From: an uncultured Acidobacteriota bacterium
GTDB taxonomy: Bacteria; Acidobacteriota; Thermoanaerobaculia; Multivoradales; UBA5704
Direction: 5' to 3'
DNA length: 64,000 nt
Assembly (NCBI GenBank): GCA_963770895.1
Contig: CAVYRF010000002.1
Location: 1,792,001-1,856,000, forward strand
The notes under the pieces: model-generated
The model's input: only the letters and a program-made list of their open reading frames with translations
The model's database searches: none
Told to the model about the DNA's origin: nothing
Translations under genes and position numbers: made by a program
In this document: in pieces, positions 30,246 through 38,292 of the stretch
Numbering within the stretch: the stretch's first letter is position 1
Layout: each line of letters starts with the position of its first letter

Positions 30246-32248
30246 ACGACCTCTGGCCGCGCAGGTTGACCAGCAACTGCGGGACGGCACCGAAGAGCCG
30301 CGGCAAAGGTGGCGACGCTTGCGCGCATGGTGGCCACCATTTGGCGATCGAACGCAGCAGCCATGTCGCCGGCTTGCTGCGTCAGCAACCAGGACCTGTG
30401 CGAGCGGGACCTCTTCGCGCACACCAGGCGGACTACCGGCAGCAACACGCCCTCCAGAAGCGGCAGTGCGATACCGGCAGCTTCGCCCAGGCGCGCGAGG
30501 TACGCCCGCGAGGGAACCAGGCTGCCTGTCTCGTAGCGGCTGATCGTAGTACGGTCGATCGACACAGCAGCGCTCATCGCCTCCTGGCTGAATCCGGGGA
30601 TTGCGCGCAACACCCGCACCAGGACGCTCGTTTCGTCGCGCGAGACCGTATCGGTCCGTTCCAAACGGGGGACGTGCGCCATGCGCGCGCTACCGTCCGG
30701 CGTCAGGGGCTGGAAGACCCAGTTCCCCGCCCGCAAAAGCTCCAGGTCTTCGTGCAGCTGCCATAGCTTCTCAGCCGACTGGCATAGCTCGTCAAGGCTG
30801 GCCGTCAGGGCTCGCGAGCCCCATCTCGATTTGACGGTTGCGAAGATTGTTTGCACCAAGGCACCGATCTTCGCGCTCCACTCCCTGCCGTCGAAGTAGA
30901 GAACCGCCAGATCGATCGACACCAGCACCGACTCGTAGTGACTGGTGAAATGCTGGATTTCCGTATGCACCCATTCCAAATCGGCGATCGCTTGTCGGCG
31001 ATCGCCCTGACCTGCGGCCACGCGTGCCTTGAGCCACAATTGCCGGAGGATGTCCAACGTAGACTCACCGGCAAGCGCACCACCCACGCTCTGAAGGCAC
31101 TCGTCGGCCTCTCGACAGCGCCCGATCTGGCACAGACACGCAACCTGGTGATACTGCACCAGCCACTGCATTTCTGGCAGCAACTCGACCAGGGGCGCCG
31201 CCGCGTCCAGCGCGGCGAGCGCATCGTCGACCCGGCCGGCGAGCCGTAAAGCCGTCGCCTTCTTGACCAGCAGCCGGCCAGAATCCTCCGCGGGAGCAAG
31301 GGCAATGGCCCGGTCGAGCAGGCACACGGCGGCAGGCCAGGCTTTTTGCGCCAGGCGGAGCGATGATTCCAGGTCGAGGAGCCGCCATTCTGGCAGCGTG
31401 AATTCCGCGGCTTGATGACCTTCGCCCCACTGCCGCGTCGCAGCAGCCAATTCCGCGTCAGCCGCGGTGAGATCCCCTTTTGACCGATACGCATTTGCAA
31501 GGAATCCGCGCGCGTAGCCCTGCAGGCGCCGCAACCCGCCAGCGTCACCCCGCGCCAGCTGGGCTGCCCGCACGGACAGCTCAGCGAGCTGCATGGATTC
31601 CGTGACGCTGTGAGCGCCGGCGGCAACGCTCGCGTCGCACAGGCGCAGGCACATCGCCCAGGTTTGCAGGTGCAGACCGGTTTCCAATCGTTGGCGCCGC
31701 TCCCGATGGGTGAGCGTCGCCAGCACTCGCCAGTGTGCATCTGCATCCTGATGCGCCACTTCGGCGCGCCGCATCAGGATCGTAGCGGCGGCGTGCTCCT
31801 GCACAAGCTCCGCCAACGCAGGCAACATTTTTAATGTGAACGTATTGACCTGCTGCCGCTCGTCGTGGGTCAGCCCATCTGGCGGTACGGAGTCCGCCGG
31901 GGCGGCTACGGTAGACAACAGCGCGCAAGTCGCGACCGCGCACTCGCCAAGTCCCTCCCCGGCGCCCATGACCGCGGCGAAGTCATCGAAGCGAGCCCGC
32001 GTCAAGCGTATCTTGCCATTTTCGTATTGCGAGAGCTGGCTGGTGGCGAAGCCGCTGGCCTTGGAAAGCTCGATTTGCGACCATCCCATGACGATCCGCA
32101 AGGTCGAAAGAGCAAGGCCCAACGTTGGACGATTGCGGCGTGTCAGCCCCTGCACCACTGCGCGCGGGGCAGCATCGGGCCGGTTGCGGTGACGCCCCAG
32201 GACAGTGCTCAAGGCGGGGGATAGCATTTTCGATCTACTCGCCCTCAT
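30242..32248 (-). CDS. XRE-HTH / TPR / XRE-HTH regulator
   Basis: N-terminal HTH (WSQIELSKASGFATSQLSQYENG), central TPR-like helices (LQGYARGFLANAYR), C-terminal HTH (FSQEAMSAAVSIDRTTISRYETG). Start may be 32227. Confidence 0.8.
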   Translation of the reverse strand: MRASRSKMLSPALSTVLGRHRNRPDAAPRAVVQGLTRRNRPTLGLALSTLRIVMGWSQIELSKASGFATSQLSQYENGKIRLTRARFDDFAAVMGAGEGLGECAVATCALLSTVAAPADSVPPDGLTHDERQQVNTFTLKMLPALAELVQEHAAATILMRRAEVAHQDADAHWRVLATLTHRERRQRLETGLHLQTWAMCLRLCDASVAAGAHSVTESMQLAELSVRAAQLARGDAGGLRRLQGYARGFLANAYRSKGDLTAADAELAAATRQWGEGHQAAEFTLPEWRLLDLESSLRLAQKAWPAAVCLLDRAIALAPAEDSGRLLVKKATALRLAGRVDDALAALDAAAPLVELLPEMQWLVQYHQVACLCQIGRCREADECLQSVGGALAGESTLDILRQLWLKARVAAGQGDRRQAIADLEWVHTEIQHFTSHYESVLVSIDLAVLYFDGREWSAKIGALVQTIFATVKSRWGSRALTASLDELCQSAEKLWQLHEDLELLRAGNWVFQPLTPDGSARMAHVPRLERTDTVSRDETSVLVRVLRAIPGFSQEAMSAAVSIDRTTISRYETGSLVPSRAYLARLGEAAGIALPLLEGVLLPVVRLVCAKRSRSHRSWLLTQQAGDMAAAFDRQMVATMRASVATFAAALRCRPAVAGQPARPEVV

Positions 32249-32496
32249 AGCATCGGCTTTCCAGCATGGCGGTATTCACCTCGACGGCTGCCTGCGCAAA
32301 CGAGCATGTGCCGCCGCCTGGGCTGGGCGCGAGCGGGTCGGCTAGCCGGCAGCATGCAAAGGACTCCAGAAATCGCTTAAGATGGGTATTCCTTGACGGA
32401 TGGTCGCAACACGGACAACCAACGGCCCTGGTGTCCCGCACCGGAAGCGGTGAGCACGTGTTTGTTGAGGATGCACTTCGATGACGTGGAGGTCGC

Positions 32497-34332
32497 ATGG
32501 TGGGAGGAGACAGGCCACCCTGGGCTAAGGCGCTGAAGGTCTTACGGCTGATCCGACGCTGGAACCGGGCACAGCTGGGGCGGGCCGCGGGCCTTTCGGC
32601 GAGCGCGATCACGCGCTATGAGAAAGGGAACCGCCGGCCGGAAGAGGTGCGCAGCCTGGTATCTGTCATGGGCTACCCGCCCCTGCTTTGGGAGCGTACC
32701 CTGGCGTTCGTAGCCTCTACGGAAGGCGAGCATCCGAACCAGACGGCGCCGGGTGAAACAGCGCCCTCGCCCCGCATCGACGCGCTGGTGGGTGACGCCG
32801 GCCGCTGGGTGAACGAGGTGGTGCGCGAGGCCCTGACCGGGGCGTTCGACGCCCTTGGTGGGACGGGCGCGCGGCCACGGCTCAGGACGCCGCCGATCGG
32901 CGAGGCGCTGGCGATCCTCCGCGCGATCCGCGGCTGGGAGCGCAAGGACCTGGCGGATGCCGTTGCCAGGCCGGAGGAAACCGTCGCCAACTACGAGTAC
33001 GGCAAGACGAAGCCCAAACTGCTGGTCCTCCAGGAGCTGCTTTCAGCGATGGGCTTCTCGTTGGCCGTCTTCGAGTGTGCGCTGGACTTCGTACGCACAG
33101 CGCAGGAGTCGCGCAGAACCCTTGCCGGCGGTGGGCGGGTACTGTCCTGGCAGGTGGAAGAGGTCGCCGCCCAGAAAGCCCGCCGCATCGAGGAGTTCAC
33201 CCGCACCGAGCTCAGCGCCCTGACGGTGGCGGCGCAGGTTCTGGCCTCGCGCGAAGCGGCACCGGTGGCGTGGAAGGCGTTCTCGGCCTGCCCCGAAGTC
33301 AGCCGGCTGGAGCTGGTGCGCCAGGTGGCCGAGTTTCAGACGGCTGGGTTCTGTGAGTTGCTGTGCGAAGAAAGTCTCGCCGCGGCGAGCGACAGCGCGA
33401 GCCGGGCGCGGCAGCTGGCCCAGCTGGCCGAGGCCACGGCCGAGCTGGCCGAGGGGGGACAGGCCTTCCGCTCACGCCTGCGCGGCTATGCCGGCGCCCA
33501 CCTCGCCAATGCCGAGCGGGTGGCTGGCCGCGATCTGCCGGCTGCCGAGGAGACGCTGGAGCGCGCCTTGGCGGCCTGGGACGCCGGTGACGGCGCCGAT
33601 TCCGGCCTGCTCAACGCGGCGCGGGTGTGCGGCCTCACCGCCTCGCTGCGGCGGGCACAACGGCGCTTGCCCGAGGCTCTGGCGGCGCTCGATGAAGGGC
33701 TCAAGATCGACCGCTGGGGAGAAACCCCCACCCTGCTGCTCGCCAAGGCGCGCGCCCTCGTCGAGTTGGGCGAGTACGGGGCTTCGATCGAGCAGTTGCG
33801 GGCCGCGGCGCCGTGGGTCCACGGCGAGCGCGAGCCGCGCAAGCTCTTTGTGATCGAGAATCTGCTGGTGTCCAACCTGTGCCGCCTGGGGCAGTTCGCC
33901 GCCGCCGAGCGGCGGTTGCCCGGACTGCGGCAGCTGGCGCTGCCCAACCGGCTCGACCTGCTGCGGGCAGCCTGGCAAACCGGCATCGTCGCGGCCGGTC
34001 TGGGGCGGGCTGACGAGGCGCTTGCCATCCTGGAGCAGGTGCGCACCGATTTCATCGCTACAGAGAACTTCTACGTTGCAGCGCTGGTCACTCTGGAGCT
34101 GGCGGAGGTACACGCCGGCCTGGGCCACACGGCCGAGGTCAAGGAGTTGGCTCGCAAGTCGGCGCCGGTGTTCGAGAACCAGCAGGTGCATTGCGAGGCG
34201 CAGCGGGCGCTGGCGCTGTTCCGCCAAGCGGCCGAGGAGGAGAAGGTCACCGGCGGGCTGCTTCGCCAGCTCATCGTCTACCTCCATCGTGCCCGGCACA
34301 ATCCGCAGCTGTGCTTCGCCACCGCCGCATGA
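32497..34332 (+). CDS. Tandem XRE-HTH x2 plus TPR regulator
   Basis: HTH1 WNRAQLGRAAGLSASAITRYEKG; HTH2 WERKDLADAVARPEETVANYEYG; C-terminal TPR-like region; GGAGG RBS upstream. Confidence 0.85.
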   Translation: MVGGDRPPWAKALKVLRLIRRWNRAQLGRAAGLSASAITRYEKGNRRPEEVRSLVSVMGYPPLLWERTLAFVASTEGEHPNQTAPGETAPSPRIDALVGDAGRWVNEVVREALTGAFDALGGTGARPRLRTPPIGEALAILRAIRGWERKDLADAVARPEETVANYEYGKTKPKLLVLQELLSAMGFSLAVFECALDFVRTAQESRRTLAGGGRVLSWQVEEVAAQKARRIEEFTRTELSALTVAAQVLASREAAPVAWKAFSACPEVSRLELVRQVAEFQTAGFCELLCEESLAAASDSASRARQLAQLAEATAELAEGGQAFRSRLRGYAGAHLANAERVAGRDLPAAEETLERALAAWDAGDGADSGLLNAARVCGLTASLRRAQRRLPEALAALDEGLKIDRWGETPTLLLAKARALVELGEYGASIEQLRAAAPWVHGEREPRKLFVIENLLVSNLCRLGQFAAAERRLPGLRQLALPNRLDLLRAAWQTGIVAAGLGRADEALAILEQVRTDFIATENFYVAALVTLELAEVHAGLGHTAEVKELARKSAPVFENQQVHCEAQRALALFRQAAEEEKVTGGLLRQLIVYLHRARHNPQLCFATAA

Positions 34333-34393
34333 CGAGGAGGGACCGAACAGAAAGAGTCCGATCCCTCGCTGCCTCGGCACCCGCGCTGCCGAG

Positions 34394-34417
34394 AGCCGCC
34401 CTGTCGCGTGGGCGGCT
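34394..34417. terminator. GC hairpin between convergent regulator and peptide genes
   Basis: AGCCGCCC-tgtcgcgt-GGGCGGCT, a perfect 8-bp stem with no U-tract. Related sequence recurs at about 34978-35001 and 37432-37460. Confidence 0.5.
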
Positions 34418-34434
34418 GCCGCTCGTGGGCGGAT

Positions 34435-34707
34435 TCAACCGCCGTAGGGATCGGCTGCTGATCCGTCGTCGGTTTGCGCGTTGGAAGAGGTGCTGGCCGG
34501 TCGCCGGATCGTCACCTTGGCAGGCGGTGCCGCGGTCGGCTCCAGCGGCGCCAGTTCGCCGGAGAGCCATCCCCAGAGCCGGATCAACGGCTCCCAGACC
34601 GCGGCGGGCGGCTTGCCCTGCGCCTGGAGCGGTGCGGCGAAGGATGCGGTGGAGGCCACCGTCAGGGCAAGGAGCAGGGCGAGGGCGATGCTGCGAGGAA
34701 CACGCAT
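34435..34707 (-). CDS. Small secreted peptide precursor 1 (90 aa, ends TDDGSAADPYGG)
   Basis: AAGGAG RBS before the ATG; signal peptide MRVPRSIALALLLALTVASTASFA; paralog of 35032-35304 with the frame conserved. Confidence 0.82.
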   Translation of the reverse strand: MRVPRSIALALLLALTVASTASFAAPLQAQGKPPAAVWEPLIRLWGWLSGELAPLEPTAAPPAKVTIRRPASTSSNAQTDDGSAADPYGG

Positions 34708-34875
34708 GCGGGACTCCTTCTGCAAAGGCGACGGCGACGCCAGCCGGAATGGCCGGCGCGGCGCCCCCCGAAAGCTAGGGTGCCCGTGCTGTCAAGGATG
34801 CGGCTGAAAGCACCCGTTTCTGTGGATCTTTTTGACGCCGCTCTGCCGGCAGTCCTTGGAGGAGCATCTTATGCT

Positions 34876-34980
34876 ATGCCAGCGAAGCGGGGGCGCAGCG
34901 ACGGGCTCGGCCTGGCACCGAGCTTTCTGCGCCAGCTCAAGGGCTGGAGCCAGGGGCAGGTGGCGACGGCGGCCGGCGCC
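34876..34980 (+). pseudogene. 5' stub of an XRE-TPR regulator
   Basis: MPAKRGRSDGLGLAPSFLRQLKGWSQGQVATAAG matches the first ~35 aa of 35467-37338, after which homology stops. Confidence 0.8.
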
Positions 34981-35031
34981 CTGTCGCGTGGAAGGCTCAG
35001 CCGGCGGGGCAGCTGGCGCTCGCAAGCGGAT

Positions 35032-35304
35032 TCAGCCGCCATAGGGGTCAGGTGCTGATCCCTCGTCGGTTTGCGGGTTGGAAGAGGTGCTGGCCGGCCG
35101 CTGGATCGCTCCCTTGGCAGGTTGTGCCGCGGTCGCATGCAGCGGCGCCAATTCGCCGGAGAGCCATCCCCAGAGCCTGGTCAACGGCTCCCAGACCGCG
35201 GCTGGCCGCTTGCTCTGTGCCTGGAGCGATGCGGCGAAGGATGCAGTGGCAGTCACCGTCAGGGCAAGGAGCAGGGCGAGGGCGATGCTGCGAGGGATAC
35301 GCAT
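35032..35304 (-). CDS. Small secreted peptide precursor 2 (90 aa, ends TDEGSAPDPYGG)
   Basis: GGAAGGAG RBS; signal peptide MRIPRSIALALLLALTVTATASFA; divergent from the regulator at 35467. Confidence 0.82.
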   Translation of the reverse strand: MRIPRSIALALLLALTVTATASFAASLQAQSKRPAAVWEPLTRLWGWLSGELAPLHATAAQPAKGAIQRPASTSSNPQTDEGSAPDPYGG

Positions 35305-35466
35305 GCGGGGCTCCTTCCGCGGAGGCGACGGCGATGCCGGCCGGAATAGCCGGCACGGCGCCCCCGAAAGCCAGGGTGCCCGTGCTGTCAAGGATGCGGC
35401 TGAAAGCACCCGTCGCTATGGATCTTTTTGACGCCGCTCTGCCGGCAGTCCTTGGAGGAGCATCTT

Positions 35467-37338
35467 ATGCCAGCGAAGTTGGGACGCGGTGACGAGCTGG
35501 GCCTGGCGCTGAGCTTCCTGCGCCAGCTCAAGGGCTGGCGGCAGGGCCAGGTGGCGGCGGCGGCCGGCGTCAGCCCGAGCGGCCTCTCTGCCCTCGAACA
35601 GGGCAAACGGCGACAACCTACGTTGAGGACCCTCGGTCCGGTCGCGGCTGCCCTCGGAGTAGACCTGGCGCTCGTGGACGAGATGGTGGCTCTGATCAGG
35701 GAACTGCGCCGCGGTGAGACGCCGAAGGCGGCGCGGGGCGGCGCAAGCTGCGATGCGGTCTTGGGCGCCGAAGCTGCCTTTCGCCAGAGGGTGAGGGAAG
35801 CGGTGATCGCAACGACTTCCCACGCGCTGGATGGTTCCGGATGCGCTCACCAGCCGAGCCGGCCACGGCTGACGGAGGTCGGCAGCGCCGAGGAGCTGGG
35901 CCTGTCGCTCACTCTTTTGCGCCAGGTGCGGGGGTGGAGGCAAAAAGACCTGGTTGCCGCCTCCGGCATCTCATTGGAGGTGATCCAGGCGATCGAGCAA
36001 GGCCGGCGGCGCCGGCTGGCGTCGGAGCTGCCGGCCATCCTGGCCGCGCTCGGCATGGATATGAGCGCCCTGGCGAAGGTAGCGGCCCTGGTGCGCCAGG
36101 TGCGCCGCCATCAGGGGACGGCGCAGCTGCCCTCGACGCTGCCATGGGCCCCACCGCCTCACGGCTGGGCTCCCGCCCTGCGCCCGGATCTCGCCGGATT
36201 GCTGCACGCCGGGGTCCAGGCCGCTAGCGCGGTGCCGCCGGATCAGGGCGAGAGGCGCCGGCGTGTGGTCGCGCTCTTGCCAGTCCTTGCCGAGTGTCCG
36301 CCGGAAGCGCAGCGGGCCCTGGCCCGCTTGGTGGCAGATCTGCGCACGCCGGAAGCGTGTCAGCTGCTGTGCGAGGAGAGTCTTGCCGCGGCGGGCGACA
36401 GCGCGAGCCGGGCGCGGCAGCTGGCCGAGCTGGCCGGGATCACAGCTGAGCTGGCCGAAGGTGGCGACGCCTTCCGCTCACGCCTGCGCGGCTATGCCGG
36501 TGTCCACCTGGCCAACGCCGAGCGGGTGGCTGGCCGCGACCTGCCGGCTGCAGGGGAGACGCTGGAGCGCGCCCTGGCAGCCTGGGACGCCGGTGCCGGC
36601 GCCGACTCCGGGCTGCTCAACGCGGCGCGGGTGTGCGGCCTCACCGCCTCGCTGCGGCGGGCGCAGCGGCGCTTGCCGGAGGCTTTGGCGGCGCTCGACG
36701 AAGCGCTGAAGATCGACCGCTGGGGCGAAACTCCCACCCTGCTGCTCGGAAAGGCCCGCGCCCTCGTCGAGCTGGGCGACTACGAAGCTTCGATCGAGCA
36801 GTTGCGGGCGGCGGCGGCGAGCGTGGAAGGCGAGCGCGAGCCGCGCAAGCCTTACCTGATCGAGAACCTGCTGGTGTCCAACCTGTGCCGCCTGGGGCAG
36901 TTCGGCGCCGCCGAGCGGCGGTTGCCCGCGTTGCGGCAGCTGGCGCTGCCCAACCGGCTCGATCTGCTGCGGGTGGCCTGGCAAACCGGCACCGTTGCGG
37001 CCGGTCTGGGGCGCACCGACCAGGCGCTTGCCGTCCTGCTGCAGGTGCGCGCCGACTTCATCGCCACGGACAACTTCTACGTTGCAGCGCTGGTGACTCT
37101 GGAGCTGGCGGAAGTACACGCCGGCCTGGGCCACACAGCCGAGGTCAAGGCGTTGGCCCGCGAGTCGGCGCCGGTGTTCGAGAACCAGCAGGTGCATCGC
37201 GAGGCGCAGCGGGCGCTGGCGCTGTTCCGCCAGGCAGCCGAGGAGGAGAGGGCCAGCGGCGAGCTGCTCCGCCAGCTCATCGTCTACCTCCACCGTGCAC
37301 GGCACGATCCGCAGCTGAGCTTCGCCGCGAGGGCATGA
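35467..37338 (+). CDS. Tandem XRE-HTH x2 plus TPR regulator
   Basis: GGAGGAG RBS; HTH1 WRQGQVAAAAGVSPSGLSALEQG; HTH2 WRQKDLVAASGISLEVIQAIEQG; TPR half nearly identical to that of 32497-34332. Confidence 0.87.
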   Translation: MPAKLGRGDELGLALSFLRQLKGWRQGQVAAAAGVSPSGLSALEQGKRRQPTLRTLGPVAAALGVDLALVDEMVALIRELRRGETPKAARGGASCDAVLGAEAAFRQRVREAVIATTSHALDGSGCAHQPSRPRLTEVGSAEELGLSLTLLRQVRGWRQKDLVAASGISLEVIQAIEQGRRRRLASELPAILAALGMDMSALAKVAALVRQVRRHQGTAQLPSTLPWAPPPHGWAPALRPDLAGLLHAGVQAASAVPPDQGERRRRVVALLPVLAECPPEAQRALARLVADLRTPEACQLLCEESLAAAGDSASRARQLAELAGITAELAEGGDAFRSRLRGYAGVHLANAERVAGRDLPAAGETLERALAAWDAGAGADSGLLNAARVCGLTASLRRAQRRLPEALAALDEALKIDRWGETPTLLLGKARALVELGDYEASIEQLRAAAASVEGEREPRKPYLIENLLVSNLCRLGQFGAAERRLPALRQLALPNRLDLLRVAWQTGTVAAGLGRTDQALAVLLQVRADFIATDNFYVAALVTLELAEVHAGLGHTAEVKALARESAPVFENQQVHREAQRALALFRQAAEEERASGELLRQLIVYLHRARHDPQLSFAARA

Positions 37339-37392
37339 GGGTCATGCAAGCACCTGGCGGCCAAGCGCGGTCCATGCCCGTCACCGGTGCCG

Positions 37393-37534
37393 CCTGAATA
37401 GCGTATGCAGGCGGAGTGCATTTTTGATCTCGAGCCGCCCTGTCGCGTCGAAGGCTCAGCGGTCCGCGCCCGTCCGTGGTGCCACTTTTTGTCCCCCTGA
37501 ATATCGTATGCAGGCCAGGTATATTTTGATCTCG
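37393..37534. promoter_or_regulatory. Two ~40-bp direct repeats, each with an imperfect palindrome (candidate operators)
   Basis: CCTGAATAgcgTATGCAGG...TTTTGATCTCG at 37393-37432 and CCTGAATAtcgTATGCAGG...TTTTGATCTCG at 37496-37534. Confidence 0.55.
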
Positions 37535-37625
37535 CCGCTCGGTCGCCCGCTGGCCATTTTGGCGGTCCCGGCGACGGAGCTGACCGCGGGCGGACTGCGC
37601 CCGCTCCGCCCTGGTAGGATTGGGC

Positions 37626-38195
37626 ATGCAGCCGCGAAGCCTGATCTCGCCGGAAGGGTACAACCCCCGCGCCGTCGCCGTCCGCGCCCTGGCCGCCCAG
37701 CTGGACCCTCTCCTCAGATCGCTCGCGGCGCGGATCAAGGACGCGACCACGCCCGATCTGGAGTGGCAGCCGCGGCCCGGCACCAACACCATCGGCATGC
37801 TCCTGGCCCACATGGCCGTGACCGAAACCTTCTGGATGCAGGCCGGCGCCCAAGGCATCGACTCCCACCAGGAAGTCGACACGATCGTCCACGCGACGCT
37901 CGGCATCCACATCGACGACGACGGCCTCCCGCTGGCGCCGCACGCATCCCATCCGCCAACCCTCGCCGGCAAGACCGCGGCCGACTACCTTGACCTGCTG
38001 CACCGAGCGCGCCGGGCAACCCACGCCACCCTGCGCGCCTGGGACGATGCAGACCTGGAGCGCATCGTGACCGTCGATGGCAACCAGCTCACCCGCGGCT
38101 GGATCCTCTTTCACATCGTCGAACACTTCGCCCAGCACACCGGCCAGATCGCCCTCCTCGCGAGCCTGCGCCAGCGCACCCTCGCCGCCGGCTGA
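37626..38195 (+). CDS. DinB/DUF664-like protein
   Basis: NTIGMLLAHMA near the N-terminus and ILFHIVEHFAQHTGQI near the C-terminus (DinB His pattern). Confidence 0.85.
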   Translation: MQPRSLISPEGYNPRAVAVRALAAQLDPLLRSLAARIKDATTPDLEWQPRPGTNTIGMLLAHMAVTETFWMQAGAQGIDSHQEVDTIVHATLGIHIDDDGLPLAPHASHPPTLAGKTAADYLDLLHRARRATHATLRAWDDADLERIVTVDGNQLTRGWILFHIVEHFAQHTGQIALLASLRQRTLAAG

Positions 38196-38292
38196 TCGAG
38201 CGCCCGGCTGGGAGCTGGCGACCTCGTACTTGCTGGAGGTGTAGGCGACCGGATCGATCGCCTTGAGCGCATGGAGCTGAGCTGGTAGTCGC

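Larger units (their letters stand above)
34434..35570. repeat. Tandem duplication, period about 597 bp (peptide gene, intergenic region and regulator 5' end)
   Basis: About 34434-34980 aligns by eye with about 35031-35570; peptide starts at 34707 and 35304. Confidence 0.88.

Noticed and set aside
32266-32484. 72-aa ORF as a third peptide gene
   Set aside because: No signal peptide or DPxG tail; it lies in the probable divergent promoter region.
34435-35304. Peptides as RiPP or double-glycine bacteriocin precursors
   Set aside because: The GG is at the extreme C-terminus, a Sec-type signal is present, and no modifying enzyme or peptidase transporter is adjacent. Not fully excluded.
37393-37534. 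Mini CRISPR array
   Set aside because: Only two imperfect repeats, a ~63-bp gap and no cas genes.
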